Numbered from the stretch's first letter, positions 37,903 to 50,101 are shown. The stretch is DNA of 64,000 bases from Mantamonas sphyraenae STR306 (GCA_026936335.1 JAPMXV010000059.1:62001-126000); one strand, 5' to 3'. Notes: a model not told the origin generated them from the sequence alone. Translations and numbers: made by a program.

Positions 37903-39951
37903 ATGAGCTCCAAAGGGCAGAAGAGACTGCTGTTTGGCGTGCAGAAGGAAATCCACAACAAAATGAATGGGCGTGTGTTGTGTGTGGACTTGGGTCGGCG
38001 GGAAATCACCAACAACCACAACGGAGCACACAAACAGAGCTTCACCTTTAGACAACTCGAGTCGGTGAGCCATGAGGACAAACCGCACATGTTTCGCGTG
38101 TGCTTTGCCGACCACAGGCCGTATCTGTACGAAGCACAGACGCAAGCCACGGCCAACGCCATCGTCCACCTGTTGGCCCTCGTCACCAAAGACTCTCACG
38201 CCTTGGACGCCGTCGAGCCGGACTCTGACGGGTGGGTGGAATTGCCTCCTTACGACAACACATCTAACTCCACACGCATCATGTGTCTGGACGTGTGCAC
38301 TCCAGCCAAAGCCGGTAGGTGACGCCCGAACAGAGTCGGCGTGGATGCGCGAATTTCCGTGAGCCACGAAATGGGTTTTTTGGACACGTTTTGCGTGCTT
38401 CCGCGGCACACACAGAGACACAGACACACAGAGACACATGCAGAGGGATGTATAGCGTGGCACTGACACAGGCAAACGATGCACCCACTGTCGCACGCAG
38501 GGCAAGACGTGAAAGTGAAAGGGACGCTGACGTCCAAGACACGACGTGTGGCTCTGTACATGAACGGATGGATGACGGTGTCGGCTGTGGATGGGGAATA
38601 TCCACTGGAGGTGATGGAGATGAGTGCATGCACGGCCAAGGCCATGCCCAAAGCACCCACAGAGCTGCAAGTGACGTGCACCGCGTTTGCCTCGCAACCC
38701 AGCGTCACCATGAGATGCAAGTCGGACAAGGCCGTGCAGGGCTGGCTGGACATGTTGAATGACGACCAGTGGAAGGTAGGGGACGAGGTGGTGGACGAGG
38801 ATGAGGCCATGGCAGCCAAGGCAGCAGCCACGGCCTCTTCTTCCTCCTCCTCCTCCTCCTCCTCATCATCAGGCTCTGGTGGCAAAGGCACAGGAAAAGA
38901 CGCCGGGAAGGATGATGGGAACACAAATGGTCAGGGCAGCGGCGGCAAGGAAGGTGGTGCCAAGAAGGAGGGTGGGGACAAGGAGAAGGAAAAGGAGAAG
39001 GAGAAGGAAAAGGCTGCTGCGGCAAGGGACAAGCGATTGTCAATCTTCCACCTGGGACCGGTGGGAGGGCACGAGGACAGGTCGGAAAAGAAGCAACGTG
39101 CGTTGGAACTGAAAAGGATGCAGTTTGAAGACCAGTTGGTGTTGGATCGGCGGGAGGCACGCGTGCAGGCAGAGTTGGAGGAGAAGGCGAGGCAGAAGCG
39201 CTTGGAGGCGGTGGAGTTGGATTCGATGAAGATTCACGACGAACACAGCAAGGCCATGGCGTTTGTGCGTCGCAAGGAGAAGCGGAATCTGGCGGAGATG
39301 GTGCGACACGACAAGGTGGCACACGCAAGGAGGGTGGCACGGTGGGAGCGGGAACGGGAACAGATTGCAAACGAGTACAGCCTCATGCTGGGCACGTATG
39401 CCACCAAGTTCAAGGTGGAACGCCTCAAGAAAAAGGTGGACACGTACTGGGTGCGAGTCATGTGCGAGCAGGGAAGCGAGGGCAGCAGCAGCAGCAGCAG
39501 CAGTAGCAGCAGCAGTGGTGGTGGTGGTGGTGGAAGTGGGAGTGAGCATGTACACGCGTACTATTTGGGATGGGAAAAGTGCAAAGGGGCCGACCAGGGG
39601 CCGGTGGACTTTGAGCTGGACGTGAAGCGTGCGATTGCCTTGAATGGGGACACCGAAGTGGTTGCCGGCGTGGACGGATGTGTGGAGTTTGAAAAGCACG
39701 CCAAAGCCGTGGGAACACCGGAGAATTGTCTTTACGTGCGTCAGGGCAAGCAAACGGTGGCGTTGGAGCTTTCGTCCAAGGAGGAGCGCGATTTGTGGCG
39801 CCAAACCCTGAGACTGTTTGCCCAGCCTGAGCAGCTGCTTAAGGATGCCATCCACCAGCCACCGGACATGCGCACTGTGCATGTGTTGTACGGCGACATT
39901 GTGGTGGAGGATGACGATGAACAAGGCGACGGGAAGAAGAAAACAGCTTGA
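37903..39951 (+). CDS. Uncharacterised protein with probable multiple PH-like domains and a central coiled coil (intron 38315-38500)
   Basis: Beta-rich segments ending in PH-type helices (SDKAVQGWLDML; SKEERDLWRQTL); charged central helix. Confidence 0.55.
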
Positions 39952-40035
39952 GCAATGGACATTGAACACCAGGAACACGTTGGCTTTTTGTTCTTTTCTG
40001 CATGGAACGCAAAGGTGATCGATGTTGTGCAGGTG

Positions 40036-43000
40036 TTAGTCATCGCTAGCACCCGTTTTGTCCAATTCGGCCATCTCTGTGTCCTGCACCGCAGAGCGTC
40101 TGCTCTTCGCACGGTTGGATCCCGGTTGCAGGCCACGCCAGACGTCCAATGCGATGTAGGCGACGCACACGACGACAACGGAGAGGGCAATGCCCACGGT
40201 GAGGTAGTTCCATGCCTCTCGTGCCAGAGTGTCGGATTCGGTGACAAAAACCATGCCCAGCAGGAGGAGCACGAGGCTTTCAACGAGCAGGACGCTCTCG
40301 AGGCTGTTTTGGGCCTTGGTCAGGTAGGGCATCATGTTGAAATGAACCAAAGTGGAGGCGCCAAGGACCAGCAAGCCCATGAGGCCTTGCAACGCCGGCT
40401 GCGACGTCCCATAGAGCTTCACGGCCACGACGGCAGCCTTGCGCAGCAGCAGCATGGACTCAAACCAGAAATAGTTTGCGCTGAACTTGCCAAACAGTGT
40501 GCTGAACTTTTGCTGGAAGACCTCGCTGTTTCGGTCTTCCTCAGTTTTGCCCGACCTGACAACAAGGAGGAAGATGACGGGCGTACCGATGACGTACAGG
40601 AGGCCAAAGACCAGTGCGGGCAGGATGAGACGCGAGTGCATGTCTCCGGACCAGCACTCGATGTCTGGGGCGACGTCCAGCACACTCACGCCGGTGCGCA
40701 CCTCGGTGCAGTCAAACAGCTCCAACACACGGGTGCACAGGGTGATGTACAGCAGTCCCATGCTAAAGAGCATCTCGTTGACCAGGTAGCGCAGCGATGT
40801 GGCTCCCACACGGTCGGCTTCTGTGAAAAAGGTGGAGAACCGGTATCGAAGGGTTGCCAGGGCGTAGCGAATGGACGACAACGACGCATCGGGTTCCTCA
40901 CAAAAGGAGGGATGGTTGGTGCGGAAGGAGGAGCCACGCGAACGCACCCACTCGGAATGCACATACTCCAGCAGAAGGCGCAGGAGTAGGCCACACAGGA
41001 CGATCACAGGCAGGGCCATGGTGACCCAGAAACGGGTCTCCACCGTCCAAGCACTGGCGAGGCTGCACTCGGGAGCGGCCGTGTCCAGATTGAAGTTGGC
41101 CAGAGAGAAGTAGCTCAACACCTCCTGCACGGATTCGGGCCAATTGACTCTGTAATCACCAAAGGTGCTCATGACCTGCAGGTGAGTGATGGCCAAGGCA
41201 GCCACCGTCCCGGTCGCCTTGGATTCGTTGCGTGCCTGACGGCGCACGAAGAACAGGTAGGCGATGAGGAGGACGGCCAGAGCAACCACGGTTGCGCCGT
41301 TGCCTTCACGGCACGGCTGGCACGTATCACTCAATTTGTAGTAGCCGGCAGAACAGGTGCCACACAACAGACCCTCGTACCCCTTTGCACACTGCTGGCC
41401 GCCGTTTCCACCCCCGCCGACGCAGGCCTCCTTGACGGCACACTGGACAAACTTGAGGTTGTCGCCCGAACCCGCTGCAAAGAAGCCCTGCTGGGGCACG
41501 GGCTGCAGCAGGCGTCCTGCGCATTCGGCGTTGCTGGGGCACGGTGCACACGCCTTGCCTGGCTGTGCGTCTGCACGGTAGAAGCGCGGGCTGCACTGGC
41601 AATCTTCGATTCGAGTGGGGGTGTCGACCACGGGTGCGGTGTTGAGAGGACACGCAATGGGTTCCGCAAGGATGCGAAATACCACCGAGGAGGAGGCGCT
41701 GAAGTGGGCCCCATCGTCCAGGCTGACCTTGACCAGATACACGCCCTGCGGATCGGAAACGGGCGATCGGAATGTGATTGCCGTGGGTGCGATGGTCAGC
41801 GGCGTCACAACCGGGTTGCCTCCCAGTTGGATCTGGACTGCGGAGCTGTTGAAGAAACCAGTGCCTTGAATGGTCACGACAAGGTCCTGGTCTGGGTTTT
41901 TGACAGCCGGATCGACAAGAGTCAACGTTGGCGACGGATACGTGGTCACAGTGCGCCCGGTGTCGACAAAGTCAATGCCGTTGAGTGCCAGATGGACACT
42001 CAACGTGGCCGCGGCTCCTTCCAGACGCTTGTATGCAGGCAGGGTGACGAGCATGTCGCTGGGTGTGGCTACAGGACGCGTTCCAGAGACGGCAACTGAT
42101 TCCCATCCTTCGGCATCCTTGAGCACCACCTTGGGTACCACAGACAAGGTTGACATGGAACCTTTCAGGCGGATGGTGGTGCCACCGGAGAGAGGCATGG
42201 CTGGGGGAAACACCGACGCAACTACCGGCAAATGATACACAACCATGGGCTGCGGCAGTGCCGTGTAGCTTGTGCCACCGTTGCTCGACACCTCCACCGT
42301 CTGTGATCCCACAGACAGTGACACAGGTACCGTGCAACGCACTTCACTGTTTGACACCACAACCACTCCGCTCGCTGCCACGCCACCGATGCGTACAGCC
42401 ACGGCATCACCCAAAATACTCGCGCCGAAGATGGTAATGGATCTCCCACTGGCAACCACGACCTGCGCCGGTTGCACACTCGTCACACTCGGTGCAAGCA
42501 CACGCAGCTCGGCACCAGGTGCAGAGCTCTCAACCCCGTCATTCAGCGAGATCGCAAGGTTCACCGTGGTCACAGGCAGTGCAGGGATCGCACAGTCCAC
42601 CGCGCTACTGTTCACAAACACACACCCTGACGGAAGAGACGTCACAATGCTGCTCACGTTCACAAACCCACTGCCCGTCACCGTCACCCGTGTTGCCCGT
42701 TGCGATGCCACTTCCTTCGGTTGCACACCCGTCACACGCACAGCTGAATGGTACACAAACTGCCCAGCACTCACGAAATCCTCGCCGTTCAGCGCCACAT
42801 ACACTCCCACAGGCCCCGCATACCCACCCTCCGTGGCAGGTGTGCTGAACCGCAGCTGCGTGCCATCCACTTGCACAGGAACAACCACCCGGCTGAATGT
42901 CGTCGTGTTCACACGCACACGGATCCCACTCAACTGTGTGTACTCCCCAAACAGGCTCACTGACGTCCCGCCGCTGCTCAAGCCCAATGCAGGTTGCGTA

Positions 43001-46000
43001 TGGTTGAACACAGGTTGCTTGTACACAATCAGTGGCTGCAGCAGTGCCGTGTAGCTGGTGCCACCGTTGCTCGACACCTCCACCGTCTGTGATCCCACAG
43101 ACAGTGACACAGGTACCGTGCAACGCACTTCACTGGTTGACAACACAACCACTCCGCTCGCTGCCACGCCACCGATGCGCACAGCCACGGCGTCGCCAAG
43201 CATGTTGGATCCAACAATCCTCACCGCACGCCCACTGCTCACTGGAACCTGCGCCGGTTCCACACTCGTCACACTCGGTGCAAGCACACGCAGCTCGGCA
43301 CCAGGTGCAGAGCTCTCAACCCCGTCATTCAGCGAGATCGCAAGGTTCACCGTCGTCACAGGCAGTGCAGGGATCGCACAGTCCACCGCGCTGCTGTTCA
43401 CAAACACACACCCTGACGGAAGAGACGTCACAATGCTGCTCACGTTCACAAACCCACTGCCCGTCACCGTCACCCGTGTTGCCCGTTGCGATGCCACTTC
43501 CTTCGGTTGCACACCCGTCACACTCACAGCTGAGTGGTACACAAACTGCCCAGCACTCACGAAATCCTCGCCGTTCAGCGCCACATACACTCCCACAGGC
43601 CCCACATACCCACCCTCCGTGGCAGGTGTGCTGAACCGCAGCTGCGTGCCATCCACTTGCACAGGAACAACCACCCGGCTGAATGTCGTCGTGTTCACAC
43701 GCACACGGATCCCACTCAACTGTGTGTACTCCCCAAACAGGCTCACTGACGTCCCACCGCTGCTCAAGCCCAATGCAGGTTGCGTACGGTTGAACACAGG
43801 TTGCTTGTACACAATCAGTGGCTGCGGCAATGCCGTGTAGCTGGTGCCACCGTTGCTCGACACCTCCACCGTCTGTGATCCCACAGACAGTGACACAGGT
43901 ACCGTGCAACGCACTTCACTGGTTGACAACACAACCACTCCGCTCGCTGCCACGCCACCGATGCGTACAGCCACGGCGTCGCCAAGCATGTTGGATCCAA
44001 CGATCCTCACCGCACGCCCACTGCTCACTGGAACCTGCGCCGGTTCCACACTCGTCACACTCGGTAGAACTGTGCGCAGCGACACTTGACCGGCCAGATT
44101 GGTCTGTGTAGCATCCAACTGGCCATTCATCGACACAAGAACCTCGTAATCCCCCCCTGACAGAGCTGGCACCTCACAACGAATTGCGCTTTGGTTCAGC
44201 ACCTGCGCAGAAACATCCACAGTTCCAAAACGCACGGTGACCATCCCTGTGTCCACAAATCCGCTACCGACGATGGTGACGTTTGCAGCGAGATTTGCGG
44301 CCACAGTCTTGGGCAGGATTGTTTGCAGCACCGGACGCGTTGCAACCGTCATCACATACCCGGCGACGGATGCAAAGTCTCGTCCGTTGGTCGTCATCGA
44401 TACAACTGTTTGTCCAAGTGGCAGTGCAAGCGGGGCGGTGCATCGAATCAGGGTTGAGGAGACGTAGGTTGCAGTCACCTCGGTGGTGTTGAATTTGCAG
44501 CGCAGATTGGGTCCTGTTTCGTTGAATCCGGAGCCTGTCAGTGTCATCACCGTTCCACCGATGTTGGTGCCCCATGCAGGATTCACTGTATCCAGCTTGA
44601 ACAGGGTCAACTCCACCCATGGGCTCCACTGCTGTCCGTTCAGTGCAATTCCGACCTCGCCACGTCCAGGCGCGTCGAGCTGCGGAAGAACCACGGTTAC
44701 AGACGCTGCAGACACCCACGTTCCGGGTTGTACTGATACAGTGCCGGCCGACGAGCGGAATCGCACACGGATCTCGCTGCTTGTGTTGGCAAAGCTCCTG
44801 CTTTCATCCGGCGACAGTGCCAGCTGCACACCCTGGCCATCGAGAGGGGCGGTCGAGGGGCTCACCGACTTGAGGCCGTGCGGTTCGTACAGGGCAAAAG
44901 TGTGCTGCTGCGCCAGATCCTGTTGGCCATTCGGAGCGAGGCTGACGACGGCCGCCAGTGTCTGCCCGGCTGCCAACGGTGGAATTGTGAATGCCTGCGT
45001 CGATACGGAAACCACCCCGTTCACAAAAGACCCATTGAGAGTGCTGACGGAACCCCCGGGGGGCGAAATGGTGACCCGAGGCGTGTCGCGGCCGTCGATG
45101 AGCGAGCCTCCCTGCAGATTCACCTGTGTGCCTCCTGTGCTCAGTCCACTGTGTACATCCAACGAGGTGAATGTGCTGTTGTACGCAAAGAAGAAGCCAC
45201 CTGAGACTGCGTGCCACTGCTGGCCATTCAAACTGACGGCCACTCCCTGGTTCCCGTACTGCAATGGGTTGCCTGTGCTGCACGATACTGTGGTCGTGCT
45301 AACGCCTGTGGCAGCAGAGACAGTGCTCCCAAACATGCACCGAGCCAATGACGGGTCGCGGTTGGACAAATCGGCGCCAGCCACCACAACAGTGGAAAAC
45401 CCTGTTTGCGGCCCGCTTTTCACAGAAAATGGGCCAAACTGGGTCCCAAAGTAGTCCATGGTTGGTGGGATATAGCCGGGCTCGGTTTGCACATACACTT
45501 TAACGTTTGCATTGGCAAAGCCTAGAGAGGGCGAGGTGCAGTTCATGCGGCTGGTTGAAACGACCGTGCACGGGCCACTGGTGGCCGTGGTGCCGTTGGT
45601 TGCCTCTACTGTGATGGTGTTGCCATTGACAAAGTTTCCACCGCGCACATCGAGGATGGTTCCACCCTCGATGGGCGACAACACAGGGGAAACTGTTTGC
45701 ACAGAGGCAAACGTGACATTGCACACAGTGCTGCCCAGCGCAAAGTTGGTTGTCCCCGTTGCACATTCAAAGCATGTGCTCAGACCCGTCACGTTTCCAA
45801 ACGTGCCCGGTGCACATCGTGGGCAATCTTCATCGCGTTCGCTCGCTTGCGGCTTGGCCAGGATGTTTCCTGAGAATCGACCCAGCGCCGTACATCCGTT
45901 TTGGTGCACTCGTGTTCTCACGAGGAGACCGTCTTCTGGACCGCCCAGATTGGGTTGTGTGAGTGTGCTGGTGGTGCTGCCAACCACAAAGAGCGAGCCG

Positions 46001-47148
46001 GTAGAGGGAGCGATGGCGAGTCCTTTGCCATCTTCGTCTCCATCAGATGCCCCCACAAACTGTGTCCATTGCTCGGTGCCCGTCGCGTTGAATCTTACAA
46101 TGAACATGTCCTCTTGGCCGATGGTTGGCGTGGAGAAGATGCTGCCTGCTGCGAACCCGGCGACAACCACGGTTCCATCCGAATCGGTCGTCATCGACCG
46201 CGCCCTGTCGTTCCCAGTTGTTCCAAAGCCTTTTGTCCACAGGATTGATCCCGTAGAGTTGACTGCAATCACCATGGCGTCGGCCGAAGAACTGGGTGGG
46301 TTGTGTCCGTTGAAATCGTTCCCCACATAGCCAGCAATGTAGATGCTATCCATGATGGGTGACACAGCAATGCCTTCACCTGCGTCCGTGCTGGTGCTCC
46401 CCATGGTGCGGCCCCACAAAAATGTGCCTGCCGTGTTGAACGCAGCGACGAAAATGCGCGTCCCGGAACCACTGAGGGATTCTCCAATGACACCTCCCGT
46501 ACTCCCTGTAGTGTAGATGGTCTTCTGGTCAGAAGACAGCGCGATGCCAGCAGCATTATCCGTTGCAGTGGTGCCGTACTGCTTGATCCAGTTGATGGCT
46601 CCTTGGGAGGACATGGACACAACAGCCGCGTCACGGCCTCCAACCTGTACCTGCCCAGGGAGGGCTCCATCGGCAGAGGCATGTACGTACAAGGTGGGCA
46701 CAGAATCATTGGTGACCACGATCGTTTGGGCACTGTCGAGGCCGGACGATCCAAACGTCTGTGTCCACAACTGCGTGCCGTTTGAATGGTACGCGACGAC
46801 AAACACCTCGCCGTTTGAGCCTTCCCTGTACGATCCCGCGGCAAAGACAACACTCGAGGCCTCATGGGTGGCCACAGCATTGAAAATATCATTGTTTGAT
46901 CCTCCCAGCTGGACGAACCAGTTGGCTGTGAGACCGGTTGCTTCAAAGCTGATCAGGAACGGATCCTGGAGGCCATGGTTCGTTTGTCCCGGAAACGTCC
47001 CAGAAGTACCTCCCACGACAAACACTGACCCTGGGAGTGTAGCCACACCCTCAACAAAATCTCTTCCGCTCGTTCCAAATTGTTGGGTCCAGTCTGCGTG
47101 TGCGAGGGAGACAAAAAGAAGGAACACGAAAAAAGTGTGTCGCTTCAT
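40036..47148 (-). CDS. Giant intronless surface protein: signal peptide, SBBP beta-propeller repeats, Cys-rich module, many IPT/TIG domains, Cys-rich region, C-terminal multi-TM domain
   Basis: MKRHTFFVFLLFVSLAHA; repeats W-x-Q-FGT-x-D; IPT repeats (SVEP...G-N-/GTSVSL-G); CAKGYEGLLCGTCSAGYY; 7 or more TM helices. Confidence 0.8.
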   Translation of the reverse strand: MKRHTFFVFLLFVSLAHADWTQQFGTSGRDFVEGVATLPGSVFVVGGTSGTFPGQTNHGLQDPFLISFEATGLTANWFVQLGGSNNDIFNAVATHEASSVVFAAGSYREGSNGEVFVVAYHSNGTQLWTQTFGSSGLDSAQTIVVTNDSVPTLYVHASADGALPGQVQVGGRDAAVVSMSSQGAINWIKQYGTTATDNAAGIALSSDQKTIYTTGSTGGVIGESLSGSGTRIFVAAFNTAGTFLWGRTMGSTSTDAGEGIAVSPIMDSIYIAGYVGNDFNGHNPPSSSADAMVIAVNSTGSILWTKGFGTTGNDRARSMTTDSDGTVVVAGFAAGSIFSTPTIGQEDMFIVRFNATGTEQWTQFVGASDGDEDGKGLAIAPSTGSLFVVGSTTSTLTQPNLGGPEDGLLVRTRVHQNGCTALGRFSGNILAKPQASERDEDCPRCAPGTFGNVTGLSTCFECATGTTNFALGSTVCNVTFASVQTVSPVLSPIEGGTILDVRGGNFVNGNTITVEATNGTTATSGPCTVVSTSRMNCTSPSLGFANANVKVYVQTEPGYIPPTMDYFGTQFGPFSVKSGPQTGFSTVVVAGADLSNRDPSLARCMFGSTVSAATGVSTTTVSCSTGNPLQYGNQGVAVSLNGQQWHAVSGGFFFAYNSTFTSLDVHSGLSTGGTQVNLQGGSLIDGRDTPRVTISPPGGSVSTLNGSFVNGVVSVSTQAFTIPPLAAGQTLAAVVSLAPNGQQDLAQQHTFALYEPHGLKSVSPSTAPLDGQGVQLALSPDESRSFANTSSEIRVRFRSSAGTVSVQPGTWVSAASVTVVLPQLDAPGRGEVGIALNGQQWSPWVELTLFKLDTVNPAWGTNIGGTVMTLTGSGFNETGPNLRCKFNTTEVTATYVSSTLIRCTAPLALPLGQTVVSMTTNGRDFASVAGYVMTVATRPVLQTILPKTVAANLAANVTIVGSGFVDTGMVTVRFGTVDVSAQVLNQSAIRCEVPALSGGDYEVLVSMNGQLDATQTNLAGQVSLRTVLPSVTSVEPAQVPVSSGRAVRIVGSNMLGDAVAVRIGGVAASGVVVLSTSEVRCTVPVSLSVGSQTVEVSSNGGTSYTALPQPLIVYKQPVFNRTQPALGLSSGGTSVSLFGEYTQLSGIRVRVNTTTFSRVVVPVQVDGTQLRFSTPATEGGYVGPVGVYVALNGEDFVSAGQFVYHSAVSVTGVQPKEVASQRATRVTVTGSGFVNVSSIVTSLPSGCVFVNSSAVDCAIPALPVTTVNLAISLNDGVESSAPGAELRVLAPSVTSVEPAQVPVSSGRAVRIVGSNMLGDAVAVRIGGVAASGVVVLSTSEVRCTVPVSLSVGSQTVEVSSNGGTSYTALLQPLIVYKQPVFNHTQPALGLSSGGTSVSLFGEYTQLSGIRVRVNTTTFSRVVVPVQVDGTQLRFSTPATEGGYAGPVGVYVALNGEDFVSAGQFVYHSAVRVTGVQPKEVASQRATRVTVTGSGFVNVSSIVTSLPSGCVFVNSSAVDCAIPALPVTTVNLAISLNDGVESSAPGAELRVLAPSVTSVQPAQVVVASGRSITIFGASILGDAVAVRIGGVAASGVVVVSNSEVRCTVPVSLSVGSQTVEVSSNGGTSYTALPQPMVVYHLPVVASVFPPAMPLSGGTTIRLKGSMSTLSVVPKVVLKDAEGWESVAVSGTRPVATPSDMLVTLPAYKRLEGAAATLSVHLALNGIDFVDTGRTVTTYPSPTLTLVDPAVKNPDQDLVVTIQGTGFFNSSAVQIQLGGNPVVTPLTIAPTAITFRSPVSDPQGVYLVKVSLDDGAHFSASSSVVFRILAEPIACPLNTAPVVDTPTRIEDCQCSPRFYRADAQPGKACAPCPSNAECAGRLLQPVPQQGFFAAGSGDNLKFVQCAVKEACVGGGGNGGQQCAKGYEGLLCGTCSAGYYKLSDTCQPCREGNGATVVALAVLLIAYLFFVRRQARNESKATGTVAALAITHLQVMSTFGDYRVNWPESVQEVLSYFSLANFNLDTAAPECSLASAWTVETRFWVTMALPVIVLCGLLLRLLLEYVHSEWVRSRGSSFRTNHPSFCEEPDASLSSIRYALATLRYRFSTFFTEADRVGATSLRYLVNEMLFSMGLLYITLCTRVLELFDCTEVRTGVSVLDVAPDIECWSGDMHSRLILPALVFGLLYVIGTPVIFLLVVRSGKTEEDRNSEVFQQKFSTLFGKFSANYFWFESMLLLRKAAVVAVKLYGTSQPALQGLMGLLVLGASTLVHFNMMPYLTKAQNSLESVLLVESLVLLLLGMVFVTESDTLAREAWNYLTVGIALSVVVVCVAYIALDVWRGLQPGSNRAKSRRSAVQDTEMAELDKTGASDD
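42247..44065. repeat. In-frame tandem repeat, unit 786 bp (262 aa, about three IPT domains), ~2.3 copies
   Basis: Near-identical sequence at offsets of 786 (e.g. 42272/43058/43844). Confidence 0.92.
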
Positions 47149-47504
47149 GCGAATATGTGACAAATTGTGTGTGTCAGCACCTGCTGCTGCCCCAAGGGTA
47201 TCCTGGTGTGTCCTGGAAACTTCTACCCCTCTTCCCTGTTTAAGAGAACATCTCCTTGCCGGGATTGTCTCACCATCTTCGATTTGGCTTGGTTGCGGAA
47301 ACGGCGAGCCCTGGAAGTGTGGTCTCCTGCTGGAGACACGCCGCAGCACGCCATCCTACACCCACACGTGTGACGAAGGGTGGAGCTTGGCATACTGTGC
47401 ACATTGGCAAGACTGGGGGGCCAGAAGGGGGACCGTCAACGGGTCGACAACGTGTTTTGGTGTGAACATCAATTCATTCCATTCCATTCCATCATTGTCA
47501 TCCA

Positions 47505-49857
47505 TCAGTCCTCAATCAACTCCCTCAACTCATCGCGGTAGTGATGCTCGGTGGTTTCCTGGCTGCGGTCGATGAGGACACTGAGGAGGATGGTGTCGAT
47601 GCCGATCTCAAAGATGGTAAAGAAGATGGTGGCGACACCAAAGCCAAGGAGCATGACAATGGCCACGGGGATGGCATAGTAGTTGACTTCGACGTTGGGC
47701 ATGAAGCGAAGGAGGGCGTAGGTGGTGACGCCCGCGGCACCGGCGACAAAGAACTTGCCGAGGAACATGAGGAACGGGCCGACCATGTTGACGATGGCCA
47801 CGTCGAGGAGACGGCCGACAATGAGCTTGAAGGACTCGTACGAGGCGCGGCAAAAGTTGTCGCCGGTGATGGAGATGTAGATGTAGGCGTTCTTGGAGAA
47901 GAACTTGAGGAAGCGGATGATGCAGTCGAGGCAGCACTTGATGCAGGTGAGGCAGTAGCGCAGGAGAGCCATCTGGTCCGGGTTGGTTTGCAAATCCTTC
48001 TCCAGCATCCAGACCAGCGAGCGCAGGAATTGCACAATGGCCAGGATGAAGGAGCCGAGGGCGGCTGAGCCCATGTGGAAGCGAACCACGTTGGAAAAGG
48101 CGTCGCGCACGGGCGTCTCGTCGCTGTTGCCCTCAAGGTGCTCCTTCTCGGTGGCTGTGGCCCAGTACCAGGTGGCCACGGAGCCACCGATGGTCATGTG
48201 GCCGATGGCCTGGGTGAAGGCCAGGATCCAAAACAGACCAAAGAGCACGGCCAGACGCAGGTAGAGCAGGTAGTTGCCCTGAAGGTACTCGTTGGTGGTG
48301 TCGTCAGGAATGGAACCCAGGAAGAGGGCGGTGGCACACCAGTAGGTGAAGAAGCCCAGCTGGACAAAGAACATGACCACCGGCAACATAAACACACCCC
48401 GCACCACACGCACAGCCTCGGCCGCCTCCTGAATGATCACCGAGGCGGTGCTGATGCGACGTGCCAACCAGATGACCACAAGGACGGCCAGACCAAACAG
48501 GCCGCACATGACGTAAAAGAGGACTTCCAGCGCCTGCACAAAGCCCGTGGCATACTTGTTGTCGTCATCCGATGAGCTGCTGGCTGCCTGCAACTCCGCC
48601 GACTGTGTGGTCCACTGCCAGTACGAGGCGGCGGTGAGGCCGCCCAGCATGAGGAGAAAGAGGATGAGCGTGGCCCACACCATGAACCGAGCCGCATAGG
48701 CCAGAATGACCAGCCAAATGAAGCACAGCACCAGGGCCGCCCCCACACCACACAGCATCCACATCCAGTTGTTGGCCACGTCGCCAAGGTACATGGACAC
48801 GCGCTGCGACTCGTAGCTCTTGCTCATCTCCTGCTTCAGCGCGGTTGCGTTGCCGCTGCTCTGGTCACGCGGAGCACACCGGTAGAAATCTGTGTGTGTG
48901 TCGGCCCCATGGCCATGGTGGATGCGGTGTGTGTGGGTCAGTGTGGGAGGCACAGGGATGCGGGACAAGGCGTGGGGGCCAGTCCGGGATGGAGGCTGGG
49001 CGGGCCCATCGCGTCGTGGATTTTTCCCGCGACGCAGCACGTACAGCTCTTGGTTTTGTAGGGACAGAAGCACGTGGGACTGGTGGTAAAGGGACGACGC
49101 TTGCTGGTTGCGGGTTGAACTCCGTAGTTACACACTAGGTCTTTTTCGTCGCATGATACGTCGTCGACTGAGCCGGCGCCAGGGCATTCTGCGCGTGTGA
49201 AATGGGGGGTTGTCCAGGACACACGCCGTCGTGAACACAGGCATAGGGCAGAAGCAGGAAGCGGCAGACGTGCGTGATGTGTGCAACGGGACACGGTGAG
49301 TAGTGGCAACCGTGGTGTGTGAGTCGGCGTGTGTGTGTCTGTGGGGGGTGGGCAGCGCTGCGGTGGAATCCGACGAATACGTACTGGAGACACAGAGAGA
49401 GAACTTGGGCTGCAGGATGTTGGGCCTGTAGAGGTACTTGTTGTTGATGAGGTCGAGGTTGGTCTTGGGGTTCATGGTGCCGCACACATTGCCGGCAGAG
49501 TCCTCCGGGAAGAAGAGGCTGGTTGGGGAGCGTGGTGAGCAATGTCAGTTTTTCCGTTTCAAAAAACGGCGGGAAAGGTGAGAGCAAGGCAGCGGGGGAG
49601 GCCCAATGGGAGGCGGACCGGGCATGAGAGTGGGGCATCCGTAAAGACGGATGCCTGGGGAGGCCTTGGGTGGGTGGACATGCAGCAACACACCTTCGTG
49701 GGTCGCCATTCATAAAGGCGAGCACAGAGATGCCAATAAAGGCAAGCACAAAGAGCACAAAGAGCAGGCAGAAGAGGACGTCGCGGCAGACACGGTCCTC
49801 GCGATGGAGAGGGCCCTCAATGACATCCGCCTTGTACTCGGATTGATTGTTTCCCAT
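47505..49857 (-). CDS. Choline transporter-like protein (SLC44/CTL), several introns
   Basis: R-CRDVLFC, GDPRR, GSVATWYW, RFHMGSAALGS, KNAYIYISITGDNFC. Confidence 0.88.
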
Positions 49858-50101
49858 CGGTGCTTGTGTGTGTGGAGATCGGTGTGGGTGCGATTGTGCA
49901 CGGCACGGCAGGAAATTTGGGAAGCCAAACGGGAACTCGGCGTTGATGATTGGGTGAATTTGGAGGACGAGGAAGACGGGGGAAAGTGGATGTTGGTCAG
50001 GGGGACAGGGACATGCCAAAGTTTGGCTGCAGTTCATTCACAAGGATTTTTTCCCACGGGTTGGGCGACGATGGGACGCAGTGTGGACACAAGACATGTC
50101 A

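Noticed and set aside
42247-44065. CRISPR-like or mobile repeat array
   Set aside because: Long in-frame coding repeats without spacers; no cas genes
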